From positions 1-31,905 of the IMG/VR virus record IMGVR_UViG_3300030708_002998: a stretch of DNA of 31,905 nt. One strand, given 5' to 3'. The notes beneath the pieces are model-generated. The model saw nothing but the letters and a program-made list of their open reading frames with translations, was not told the DNA's origin and did not search any database. The stretch's first letter is position 1. Each line of letters begins with the position of its first letter. Position numbers and translations under genes: made by a program. This document shows, piece by piece, positions 11,301 to 20,409 of this stretch. The DNA comes from a virus (Duplodnaviria; Caudoviricetes).

Positions 11301-14300
11301 GCATCAGCGATCACAACGTTCTTTGGTATCCTAACCACCGCAATCGGCGCTACAGGCGCTCCTGGGTCCCTCTCAGGGACAACTAGAAACCCAGTAGCAA
11401 CTGCCTTCACTGGTCAAGCAAACAGATACTGGGATGCTTCTGACTTAATTTTAGAAAATAAGAAAGCAATCGCTGCTCAAGCAGTGTATCAATATACCGA
11501 TGCAAATGCATTTACAGTTCCAACTGGAAATCAAAATTGTATCGATGACGTTGTAGATATTCTTGAAGCAATTGCACATGACTTGCGTCATGGCGGTAAT
11601 GCTAAAACTTATGATGCTGCTAATTACTATACTGGGACAAGTCACGTAGACGGTGAGGAAGCAGAAACTGTTGCAATCATCAACATTGCAAGAGATCTTG
11701 CGATTACCGCAATGCGTAATCAATCTCTCACTCTGTCATACTTAGTTGATAATACATTTACTGCTGGTTTAGAAGCACAGTTTATTGGACTTGAGCAGTT
11801 CACAAAACCAGATATCACTATTGATGGTGCATCTACTGCAAGATGTGCAAACGTAGCATCTGCAATTACAACTCTGGCATCTATCGTCACTACTGCAGTA
11901 ACAAACGATAACTTAAATCATTCTACAAAAACAGTTCCAACTGGCACACTTACCACTAATGATCACCTTAAAGTAGTTCATGATGGTAATAAGTTCTGGT
12001 CAATTTCTGAAGTTGGTTCTACATCTTACGTTCATACTTCTAGTGATAGAGGAAGAACTTGGAAGGAAGAATATACTGCTAACTCTGTTCCAGGATTGAG
12101 AACAATTGGATTCAGTTATACTCTTGGTGTTGCACTTGGTACAAATGGAACAGATGTTGTCTTCAATGGTACTGAAAGTGAGATTGATACTTCTATCAGT
12201 AATACTAATCCTGTATTCCAAGATGATACAATCTCTAACACATATGATTCCAACAGATCGTTTGCTTGCGATAACGTAGCATCTTCTCTGTATACTCTGT
12301 GGAACATTGTTATTGATAGAATTAATCAGAGAGCAGTTCCTGCAACTGAATATGCATCTTCATACTTCGCTGATAGTAATAACAAGTTCTTCAATGTTGG
12401 TCATGCATGGGATGATCTTCCTATCATTGAAGTTTCACCATACATCTTTAACTCTTCTGTTATCTCTTTCTTAGGTGGTAATGGTTGTGAGATTGATGGT
12501 GCTAAGATTGCGACACCTAACGTAAGAAGACCTGGACTGCCTCCACAAGGTAAGTCGATGGTTGCTGCAGCATTCACGATTATCTCGTTTGGTGGTATTG
12601 GATATAATGTTATCAATGATGGTTACACTCAGTTGGTTTCTGTCTTCTGTATCTTTACACAAGACGGTGCTGTTGTACAAACGGGTGGTTATGCATCACT
12701 GACAAACTCTGCTTCCAACTTCGGTACATTTGCATTGAGAGCAAATGGTGTAAGAGAAGAAGCATACAGTTTTGATAAGGGTATTATTGGTAACGTCACC
12801 TTTACCGACATTGGTGTACCTAAGTTTACCATTACTGGTCTTGGAGCACCTCCTCTGGAACACTACATTATCGCTCCAGGTGGATTTGAACTTCAAGATC
12901 AAGGTGGTCAAAACCCACGTTACTTTATTGAAAATACTATTTCTGCTACTCCTGTTAAACCAATTCAGGCAGAAATCCAGGCAAACCTTGTAATGAATGT
13001 CAGAGGTAACTACAACCGTTATACTGACTCTGCAGATCAACTTGAAAGAAACGCTCGCTATATTGCAGAAGAAGCATATTTTACTACAATTGCAACTTCA
13101 ACAAATACATTTGATCAAGGTAGAAACAAGTGTATCCGTGACACAGAAGAGATTGTTAAGGCATGGGCAAAAGACATCAGAAATGATGCAAACGATGCTA
13201 CTTGGGACGCTGCAAAACTCTACATTAGTGGTGGTGCTGTTGCACACATTGCTGGTGAAGAAGCAGCAACCAAAGAGGTTATTGACGCTGCAACAATTCT
13301 TGCAAAGCGTGCAATCAACAACTTACTTCAAGCAAAAGGAACTACAGCACAAACTGTAGATTACTATGTTGCACAGTGGACTGATGAGATTCCTTATGTA
13401 GATAATACAATCACACATGATACCAGTCCTTCTGGTGGACCATATGTTGCTAGTGAGTGTGCTAACGTTCAAGCAGCAATTCAAACACTTTCTGATCTGT
13501 TTGATGAAATTATTGACAACCCATCAGTATCTAGTCCAATGCCTTCAACGGCAGAAAGAACTGATGGATTCTTCACAATCAACCAGTTTAATAAAGACAA
13601 ACTTATTGATCACCCAATTGATCTGAAGAGACCATCTATTTGTAACTCTTCTTCTCACACGTGGGAATTTGCTGGTTCAGGTAATGACTACAATGCTCTG
13701 CCACAGAACGGTGGTACTAGAGGTTCTGACGATACTGCTGACTTTGAGCAGGTCTCACAAAACAACGGTCGTGTTTACTCCTCAGGTACTGACGAACTTG
13801 GTGACTTCAAAATTGGTTACTTTGCTAAGGTTGAAAACAGAACTGGTAACATCACCTTCGGCGGTACGGTTACCATCTCGGAAGTTGAATTCCTTAAAAT
13901 TAAGGGTAACAACGTTGTTATTACTGGATTCTCCCCAGATAACACCCTTGGTGCTCTGGAACTTGGTGGACCTGGTGCAGCAGATTCTTTACTGCCAACA
14001 CAGAAAGCAGTTAAGGATTACATCTCTAACCAGTTAGGTCTGTACATTGGTCGTACATATTCAACCGTTCCTACTCCTAACGCACTGGTTCAGTTGGATG
14101 GTTCAGGTAGAATCAACATTGACCAACTGCCAGCACTGAGACCATTTAACATCTTTACAGTTGCTGACCAGGCAGCACGACTTGCTCTGGAAGGACCACT
14201 TGCTGGTGACATTGCAATTCAACAAGACATCAATATTTCGTTCATTCTTAACAATGACTTAGACAGTCAAATCTTTGAATTCGTTCCTGCAACTGGACAC

Positions 14301-17300
14301 TTGTTCCCTAATGGATCAATTGTTACTACAGTTCCAGGTAACTCTCAGAACCAGAGTACAAACTTTACTCCTGGTAGAGTTAAGCAAGTTATTGTTAATA
14401 ATGGTGGTACTGGATATCAAAATGGCGATACCGTAACATTTACTACACCTAGTGGTGGAACTGCTGCAACTGGTACGTTAAACATCAATGGTGGTCAAAT
14501 TACAGGTATTACTGTTACAGATAATGGTGAAGGTTATTTGACTGCACCATCTACTGCAGCAGGAACAATTACCATCAATACATCTACAGGTTCTAATGCA
14601 ACGATTACCACAATCATTAGATCTAGATTAGAATGTAACATCCTCAATAGCATTAAGGGATCTGCTGGTGATACTATTGATGACCAAACTACACCAACTG
14701 CAAATACTATTACTTTAACAGATGTTATTAACACATCTGCAAATGATAGTGGTAACTGGGTTCAGTTAACGTCATCTACAATTGATGCGTCATTCATCAC
14801 TTCTGGTGTTATTAACCCAGCACGTCTTGCTAGTGTATCTGCAAACTTCCCAGCAAGTTCTCTTACTTATCTGAGAGGTGACTCACTGTTCTCCCCAGCA
14901 GTGTCTTCTATGAAGATTGCTGAGGATTCACCAATTCAACTTGGTTCTGTTAACACTGCTAATGATTATGTAAGATCTGTTGAGATTGTTGATGCTGGAT
15001 CTGGATACACTGTAGGTTCATACTCAGATACTAACATTCTTGGTTATCCTTTGAATCAAGGTGAAGGTGTTAAAGGTACTATCTTTGTCGCTGATAACAC
15101 TGTTAAGAACGTAACAATTACCAATGCAGGTACTGGTTATTCTGCTGACAACCCACCAACTGCACTGTTTAAAGATAATTTTACAAATCCAGGATCACCT
15201 GTTGTACTTAATAGTATCAAGTCAATTGTTCTTGTTGCTCCAAATGGAACTATTTCTGGTATCAACATCTTAGATGGTGGTGGTAACCTTGGTGGAACAC
15301 CTATTATTGAGATTGTAGGTGGCGGCGGTGTTGATGGTGCTGCAACATGTACAGTTGCAGCAAGTGGTGGTATTCGTGCAATCAGTGTCACTTCTCAAGG
15401 TGTTGACATTCAAGCAGATTTCACTATTAACCCTGTTCCAACAGGCACTATCGGAAATGGTTCAGGTGCAAACCTCTTAGCACGTGTTGCTAATGTTCCT
15501 AAGATCTTTAATGATATTACCATTGACATCAACAGAGTTGACGATCTTACAGTTGCTGCAGAACCATTTGGTAACCTGGGTGTCGTAAGATTACGTAAGT
15601 CACAGTTTGACTTCTCTACAAATGGTGGAGCAACACTTAAGACAGGACAAGGTTCTGGTCTTGATGCTGACACACTGGATACATTCGATTCTAGTTACTA
15701 CACTGACTCTTCTAACCAGCAGTCAGGTACTCTCCCAAGAGGTAGGTTGACTGGAGAATATGATATCGGTATTACTGGTATTGCAGCATCTGCAAACGTG
15801 GTGAATATCACTGACGCTAGAACATCTACATTCGCACCAGAAAACTTTGCTGCTGCAATGAGATTGCAGTGGAAGCAAAATAATGTTGGATATGGTGCAA
15901 CTAATGAGTACTTACAAGATGGCGGTCTCTACCACTCTCTGGTAACTGTTAGAAGATCTGGTTCTTCTACTGATTTCTCATCTGGTGCAGTTGCACAGTT
16001 TGCACAAACTGATAACAATAACTTCTTCATCAGAAACAGTGGTCCAAACCACGTTGGTTCATTAACTATCACTAATGGTGGTGCTGGATATGTCAACGGT
16101 ACATATACTGATGTGCCTCTTGCTGGTGGTCAAGGTATTGGTCTTAAGGCAACTATTACAGTCACTGGTGGAGTTGTTACTAATGTTGAACTGACTGATA
16201 AGGGATGGGGTTATAACCTTGATGGTGGTGCAACTTCTACCTTCCAGGCACTTCTTCCAGAATCTATCTTCGGTAGACAGAACACAAGACAGCAATCAAC
16301 ACCTGCAGTTATTACTGCAACACTTGCTTTCCGTGGTGGTGGTGCTCAAACAGGTAATGAGTGGTCATCTTGGAAGAAGGTCTGGCATGAAGGCAACATG
16401 GGTAAGGATTCAGGAATGGATACTGACCTCATGTGTGGATACAACTTACGTTGGTTCCAAAATGCACTGAACCTTTCTGGTGATGAGAAAGTTATGAACA
16501 GCAAGATTCCTGCTGTTCTTGATGCAACTAAAATTAATAATAACCTGACTGTTGTTGTTCCTGATCCAAACTTCCAGACAAACAATGGTGGTCACTATGA
16601 CCTCTATATTGAGGGTCATAACATCACTCAGGAAGTTCTTAATTCTATTGATACTCAGACAGGTGTCAGTGGTTTGCAACTGAACCTCTACACTGCAAAT
16701 GATGTTAACGAAGGTACGGTTAGAGTTCTTAATAGAAGAATTAACTTAGATCCTGCCAAGTATGAAACTGGTACACAGTACGTTGAATTTAACAAAGAGT
16801 GGACTGCTAATGCTACCCTCTACCAGAGAAACGATAGAATTGTTTATGGTTACAACATCTACAGAGTAGCAAACGCATCTAGTGGTAATTACACCGCTGG
16901 TACAGTTCCACCTACACATGGTTCAGGTACTGTTGCTGCTACTGGTGGTACTGCACAGTTTGAGTTTGAGAGAAGAGTTTCCAACCCATTCACTATTCTT
17001 ACTGTTGAACTGATTTCTGGTAACTTGAACGAATCTGTCGTTAAAGTTGGTACTCTGAATGCACCTGCTGAGACATATCCAGTTACTGACTTCGGTCAAA
17101 CTGCAACTGATGATTACGCAAGAGAGAAGTGTATTCTTGGTTCTGATGGTTCTGCTAACCCATTCCTGCAGTTAGGTACACCAGTTGCACCTTCTACTTC
17201 ATACATTGATTTCCATAGTTCTGGTAATAGTAATGATTATGATGTAAGAATCTCTTCTACTGGTGGTTCTTCTACTACTGGTACTGGTACTCTTAACTTC

Positions 17301-18368
17301 TCTGCTAATAATGCTCAAGTTAATGGTAACAATATCTGGCACGCAGGTAACATTACATTCTCCACTGGTTTCAGTGGTAGTTCTTATACCACAAATGCTA
17401 ACAATCAGGCAGTTAAGCGTGATGGATCTGGTAACTTTGCTGCCAACAACATCACTGCAAACCTGACTGGTGTTGCATCTGGTAACCTTGCTCTGACTGG
17501 TGGTACGCTGACTGGTACTCTTACCATCAACACTACCAATACTAATCAAATTTCATTCACTCAATCCAATAAGTTCATCACTTATGCTGGTGGAATGCAA
17601 TTCAGAGGATCTGGTTCTTCATGGAACTCTAGATTCTCTACTACAAATAGTGCAAGTGGTACTGAACTCTTTGGTGTTTATAACACTAACTTTGCTACGA
17701 GTATCTTCCGCGTATTCAATAATAGAAGAGTTAGATTTGATCTTCCTTCAAATGATACTGATGGTATTCAAATCGTTGGTCAATCTGGTGGATATAGTTC
17801 CATTAGACATTACAATGGTGGCACTACTGTTGGTTATAGATTGGCATTCTGTCAAACCGCAGGTAACTTTGGTAGTGGTACATCACCTGGTGATATTGTT
17901 GATAGATGTGAAACTGGACGTAAGTGGCACTTCAAGATGGGTGGTAACACATCATCCCTCGTCTTGGATCAAAATCAGAACGTTGCAATCAACCAAAACA
18001 GCACAAACTCAAGTTACAAACTTTATGTTAACGGTTCGTTTGCTGCAACTTCTAAGTCATTCGTTATTGATCACCCAACCAAGGAGAATCATGAACTCCG
18101 CTATGGTTGCCTTGAGGGTCCAGAACATGCAGTTTACGTCAGAGGTCGTGTCAGAGATGGTGTAATTGAACTTCCAGAATACTGGACAGAACTTGCACGC
18201 GAAGAGACGATCACTGTACAACTGACTGCTATTGGCGACTCAGGTAATCGTTGGGTAATTGATGTCGCTGACAATAAGGTCACGACTGGTGGCGGGGACG
18301 CATTCTATCTGGTACAGGCAGAGCGTAAGGACATAAATAAGTTAGAAGTAGAGTATGAAAAAGTATGA
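8349..18368 (+). CDS. Giant tail fibre/virion structural protein with split beta-helix, Asp-box propeller, four phycobiliprotein-like helical repeats and C-terminal fibre domains
   Basis: 3339 aa. GRIYVS..GSD..G beta-helix start; SxDxGxTW Asp-box repeats; GSGLDADTLD and WSSWKKVWHEGN fibre motifs; C-terminal KSFVIDHP..LRYGCLEGPE domain common in cyanophage fibres. Confidence 0.85.
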   Translation: MALEFNADRQQIKSDQLKIKNDTSVRFDLGAGADEKVAVFGTLTNDVDKLVRVGINTTNPLYELDVDGQIRTTTSIISDTARIQNLDIDTIVNPSLNLKAPVLNTFTDPNTGEVFFPRSATPAFADDSNKVATTNFVYNIATNDVGGRIYVSQQIGSDTFDGRSATKPVRTIKRATQLAAETGDKETLIVAGGDYLEDNPISLPDLCSVVGDNIRLCIVRPANPGKHMFKASNENYVTGITFRDQIDSDNVAIKTWSFAYVFDDKQRFFYPRTLGGQFGRTFNLGHKIAAAQEWELTFTSNGGGVLLVPGITLNGPAGGTGVITSVTFDANTDQSGTLIINDITGTIESTGGVYTYEANNPVVNYNLSVTRGEQLTPDAQVVKHVTTHLSYAVTSVKTDPAYPDGLVFTTVDYHDFEVGQYLTITNLPSSGLYSDLDRFNGRQYISHRIETDDGFSKKFVVYKDTPTDLAALGAPGGEYGVSAFGVLVESADNYVVFSLDNSPRKFDESVKSPNRFLDAVDLIGRNETPIAKEAIRRTKEEYPLFTIPDESQCETDIKHIVNAISYDLTWGGNAATKEAADNYFTAGALNHIQDQLKETSYAFAEARDLSIQAMRNQLNTVSTSSTASITRPTGYTGKYLSIVWDNEKFVAVGEDGAIHTSTNGTTWTAQTTGTTENLNDIRWNKWAIGERGVPEYVVVGDNGTILWSNNAETWYSVTSGTTNNLEAIAYNGTRYVAIGQLGTVIYSDNVKTWNAGTSGFINSFYDLIYNDDCDKFVAVGSGGKIIISSDGNTWTEQESGTNQELRGISWSEGRMVVVGADSNIAISDDNGLTWETNLINDNSPDNPQSNKDADAADLILANQALIANIAVGKMLANNSGYTIPTGNQACKDDIMAFIGAMVINLEFGGNDEVYDAANLYVTGSHVQGEEDESVEAFNYARDLCIEAMRNQAFSGSDMAYAEGLTQVIDNTVTTDTNNPACATQASAITTFFGILTTAIGATGAPGSLSGTTRNPVATAFTGQANRYWDASDLILENKKAIAAQAVYQYTDANAFTVPTGNQNCIDDVVDILEAIAHDLRHGGNAKTYDAANYYTGTSHVDGEEAETVAIINIARDLAITAMRNQSLTLSYLVDNTFTAGLEAQFIGLEQFTKPDITIDGASTARCANVASAITTLASIVTTAVTNDNLNHSTKTVPTGTLTTNDHLKVVHDGNKFWSISEVGSTSYVHTSSDRGRTWKEEYTANSVPGLRTIGFSYTLGVALGTNGTDVVFNGTESEIDTSISNTNPVFQDDTISNTYDSNRSFACDNVASSLYTLWNIVIDRINQRAVPATEYASSYFADSNNKFFNVGHAWDDLPIIEVSPYIFNSSVISFLGGNGCEIDGAKIATPNVRRPGLPPQGKSMVAAAFTIISFGGIGYNVINDGYTQLVSVFCIFTQDGAVVQTGGYASLTNSASNFGTFALRANGVREEAYSFDKGIIGNVTFTDIGVPKFTITGLGAPPLEHYIIAPGGFELQDQGGQNPRYFIENTISATPVKPIQAEIQANLVMNVRGNYNRYTDSADQLERNARYIAEEAYFTTIATSTNTFDQGRNKCIRDTEEIVKAWAKDIRNDANDATWDAAKLYISGGAVAHIAGEEAATKEVIDAATILAKRAINNLLQAKGTTAQTVDYYVAQWTDEIPYVDNTITHDTSPSGGPYVASECANVQAAIQTLSDLFDEIIDNPSVSSPMPSTAERTDGFFTINQFNKDKLIDHPIDLKRPSICNSSSHTWEFAGSGNDYNALPQNGGTRGSDDTADFEQVSQNNGRVYSSGTDELGDFKIGYFAKVENRTGNITFGGTVTISEVEFLKIKGNNVVITGFSPDNTLGALELGGPGAADSLLPTQKAVKDYISNQLGLYIGRTYSTVPTPNALVQLDGSGRINIDQLPALRPFNIFTVADQAARLALEGPLAGDIAIQQDINISFILNNDLDSQIFEFVPATGHLFPNGSIVTTVPGNSQNQSTNFTPGRVKQVIVNNGGTGYQNGDTVTFTTPSGGTAATGTLNINGGQITGITVTDNGEGYLTAPSTAAGTITINTSTGSNATITTIIRSRLECNILNSIKGSAGDTIDDQTTPTANTITLTDVINTSANDSGNWVQLTSSTIDASFITSGVINPARLASVSANFPASSLTYLRGDSLFSPAVSSMKIAEDSPIQLGSVNTANDYVRSVEIVDAGSGYTVGSYSDTNILGYPLNQGEGVKGTIFVADNTVKNVTITNAGTGYSADNPPTALFKDNFTNPGSPVVLNSIKSIVLVAPNGTISGINILDGGGNLGGTPIIEIVGGGGVDGAATCTVAASGGIRAISVTSQGVDIQADFTINPVPTGTIGNGSGANLLARVANVPKIFNDITIDINRVDDLTVAAEPFGNLGVVRLRKSQFDFSTNGGATLKTGQGSGLDADTLDTFDSSYYTDSSNQQSGTLPRGRLTGEYDIGITGIAASANVVNITDARTSTFAPENFAAAMRLQWKQNNVGYGATNEYLQDGGLYHSLVTVRRSGSSTDFSSGAVAQFAQTDNNNFFIRNSGPNHVGSLTITNGGAGYVNGTYTDVPLAGGQGIGLKATITVTGGVVTNVELTDKGWGYNLDGGATSTFQALLPESIFGRQNTRQQSTPAVITATLAFRGGGAQTGNEWSSWKKVWHEGNMGKDSGMDTDLMCGYNLRWFQNALNLSGDEKVMNSKIPAVLDATKINNNLTVVVPDPNFQTNNGGHYDLYIEGHNITQEVLNSIDTQTGVSGLQLNLYTANDVNEGTVRVLNRRINLDPAKYETGTQYVEFNKEWTANATLYQRNDRIVYGYNIYRVANASSGNYTAGTVPPTHGSGTVAATGGTAQFEFERRVSNPFTILTVELISGNLNESVVKVGTLNAPAETYPVTDFGQTATDDYAREKCILGSDGSANPFLQLGTPVAPSTSYIDFHSSGNSNDYDVRISSTGGSSTTGTGTLNFSANNAQVNGNNIWHAGNITFSTGFSGSSYTTNANNQAVKRDGSGNFAANNITANLTGVASGNLALTGGTLTGTLTINTTNTNQISFTQSNKFITYAGGMQFRGSGSSWNSRFSTTNSASGTELFGVYNTNFATSIFRVFNNRRVRFDLPSNDTDGIQIVGQSGGYSSIRHYNGGTTVGYRLAFCQTAGNFGSGTSPGDIVDRCETGRKWHFKMGGNTSSLVLDQNQNVAINQNSTNSSYKLYVNGSFAATSKSFVIDHPTKENHELRYGCLEGPEHAVYVRGRVRDGVIELPEYWTELAREETITVQLTAIGDSGNRWVIDVADNKVTTGGGDAFYLVQAERKDINKLEVEYEKV
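9888..13514 (+). repeat. Four dispersed protein-level helical repeats (9888-10202 completed by 12261-12323; 10896-11346; 11421-11900; 13014-13514)
   Basis: Consensus NRxxDAxDLIxxNxxxIAxxA...CxxDIxxIxxAIxxDLxxGGNxxTxDAAxxY...HxxGExxE...ARDLxIxAMRNQ...CAxVASAIxTL. Confidence 0.85.
18332..18339 (+). promoter_or_regulatory. T4-type late promoter (CATAAATA) inside the 3' end of the giant fibre gene
   Basis: ATAAATA core ~26 nt before the ATG at 18365. Confidence 0.55.
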
Positions 18369-18664
18369 GAAAGTATGTGATTATCAATGATCCAGGGGAG
18401 GTTGAAATCAATTGGTCTGCCCTGGACCAATCCTCTAGAGAGGATTGTGAAGAGTGTTTGTTGAATCAAAGATTTTTGATTTCATATACCTCTGAAGAAC
18501 CACCTGAGTTCTTAGAAGAAATTACAGATAAAAGTCCAGAGTATACTAAAGAGGAAGTTATTCCTCTATTAGTAGATCCAGATTGGGCAGTATATGTATC
18601 TCTTGTAGAATCAGACACATCTGAAGAAGATGAAAAAATTCAATACTATACGGATAATATCTGA
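18365..18664 (+). CDS. Small acidic fibre-associated hypothetical protein
   Basis: 99 aa, ATGA overlap with the fibre stop. Resembles small genes that commonly follow cyanophage fibres. Confidence 0.7.
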   Translation: MRKYVIINDPGEVEINWSALDQSSREDCEECLLNQRFLISYTSEEPPEFLEEITDKSPEYTKEEVIPLLVDPDWAVYVSLVESDTSEEDEKIQYYTDNI

Positions 18665-19641
18665 TGGGATTAATTTACAATAAAAGACAATTAGGATCTT
18701 TTGGTAATGTAAATTTTGAAGACGGTACTGTCAATGGATGGGGAGGAGCTAGAGCAATTTTCTCTGGTGATTCTAATGACCAAATTGACGGCACTGGTTT
18801 TTGTATGAGAACTTATAGTAGATGGAGTTCTGCTGGATGGAATAGTACATCTAGCGATCCTGCTGCTAATGACTCATATATCCCTGTAGATATTACTAAA
18901 AGATATACTTTATCCTACATGGTAAAGGGATATCAAACTGCTACTGATGGTAGACAACCACAACATTACCTTGGATTCAATTGTTTTGATCGCCTTAAAA
19001 GATTAATTAGATTAGAGCATTGTGGTGGTGTTGGAAATACAACACTATCAAGACCTCTAAATCAGGGTGATTCATATGTCTATTTGAATAGTAGTAGTGG
19101 ATGGCCAACAGGTGCAGATATTACAAGCACTCGATATTATTTCCGTGCATTAATTCTATATCCACCAACTCATCCATATTATAGTACTCCTCACCAATAT
19201 TCTAGAATTGGAACTAGAGGTGGTGCTGATGGTGGTTCTGGTGAAACTTACATTAGATCATTAGTTCAAACTGGGCAAGGTGATTGGGAAGGAAGGATTT
19301 GTGATAGAAATGATAATAATAAAACTTGGAACTATACTGAGCCCTATGCGTTACCAGCAGGAACTCCTATTGCAAGAGGAGTAGCAGGTGGTACATATAA
19401 TTATGCATTCAGTAGAAGAGTTTATAATACTTCTTCTGGATGGCAAAACATGATTACTACTGTAGAAGGTACTCCTAGAAGGAATAGTGGAAGATATTTT
19501 AGATTTGGTGCTGAATATGTAAAGGCAATGATCCTACATAATTATGCACACCCTAATGCGGGTGGGCAATACCCATATGCAGAGACATTATGGGATAGAA
19601 TGTTATTCATTGAAAATGACGGTAAGTACGACTTTAGTTAA
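18664..19641 (+). CDS. Putative carbohydrate-binding (jelly-roll-like) virion protein
   Basis: 325 aa, Gly/aromatic-rich, NFEDGTVNGW and YIPVDITKRYTLS motifs. TGATG coupling to the upstream gene. Confidence 0.55.
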   Translation: MGLIYNKRQLGSFGNVNFEDGTVNGWGGARAIFSGDSNDQIDGTGFCMRTYSRWSSAGWNSTSSDPAANDSYIPVDITKRYTLSYMVKGYQTATDGRQPQHYLGFNCFDRLKRLIRLEHCGGVGNTTLSRPLNQGDSYVYLNSSSGWPTGADITSTRYYFRALILYPPTHPYYSTPHQYSRIGTRGGADGGSGETYIRSLVQTGQGDWEGRICDRNDNNKTWNYTEPYALPAGTPIARGVAGGTYNYAFSRRVYNTSSGWQNMITTVEGTPRRNSGRYFRFGAEYVKAMILHNYAHPNAGGQYPYAETLWDRMLFIENDGKYDFS

Positions 19642-20409
19642 ATGGCAACTTTCGCAGGACCATCAAACCCAGCAGAAAATTTAGTATTTGAACTTGACGC
19701 TGGTAATATCAAATCTTACCCAGGATCTGGATCCCAATGGTTTGACTTGGCAAATCGTATTACCATGAACAGTCAAGGAACTCAAATGCCCTTCACTACC
19801 AAGGATGGAGTTCCTTGTTTTCAATTTAATGGTTCTGGTAGATGGGAATCTAGTAGGGTAGATGGAGAAAAGTTTTGGACTGGTGGTGGTGCCACTTTAG
19901 AGTTGATTTGTTGGAGATCGGGTAACTCTGTTGGTGAAAGAGATACTATCTTTGAAAAAGTTGCAACTCAAGGTGGAGCAAGTTACCAAAATGAATTTGC
20001 ATGTACTTGGGAAGCAAGTGAAAACTTAAGTCATTATAGGGGTGGTGCTACAGGTGGAGCATATGATTACTCTAATACTGGCACTGTTTGGCCAAATAAC
20101 TTGTGGACTCAATGGACTTCTACACTTCCTGGACCCAATCCATCTCAAGGGCAAAATAGATTTAATGGTAATAATGTAGGATCCTATACTGTTCGTGCGA
20201 ATGGTGGTAGTAACTCTTACCGCCAGGCAGGTGCAGTAAGAATTGGTAACGGTTATGCTGGTGTTATGGAAGGTAATTCTACTAATGGTCCTTTCATTAC
20301 TATTGCAAGAATATATAATAGAGTTTTAACTGTGGATGAGATTAAAACCAATTGGAATATGTTTAGAATTCGTTATGGATTAGGTTTAAATTACGGGTAC
20401 GGAGCATGA
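19642..20409 (+). CDS. Concanavalin A/LamG-like lectin protein
   Basis: LVFELDAGNIKSYPGSGSQWFDL, FQFNG and ARIYNRVLTVDEIKTNW are typical of cyanophage LamG proteins. Confidence 0.8.
   Translation: MATFAGPSNPAENLVFELDAGNIKSYPGSGSQWFDLANRITMNSQGTQMPFTTKDGVPCFQFNGSGRWESSRVDGEKFWTGGGATLELICWRSGNSVGERDTIFEKVATQGGASYQNEFACTWEASENLSHYRGGATGGAYDYSNTGTVWPNNLWTQWTSTLPGPNPSQGQNRFNGNNVGSYTVRANGGSNSYRQAGAVRIGNGYAGVMEGNSTNGPFITIARIYNRVLTVDEIKTNWNMFRIRYGLGLNYGYGA

Noticed and set aside
129-17549. Numerous short reverse-strand and alternate-frame ORFs inside the giant genes
   Set aside because: These are shadow ORFs produced by strong codon bias, with no RBS, promoter or recognisable motifs.
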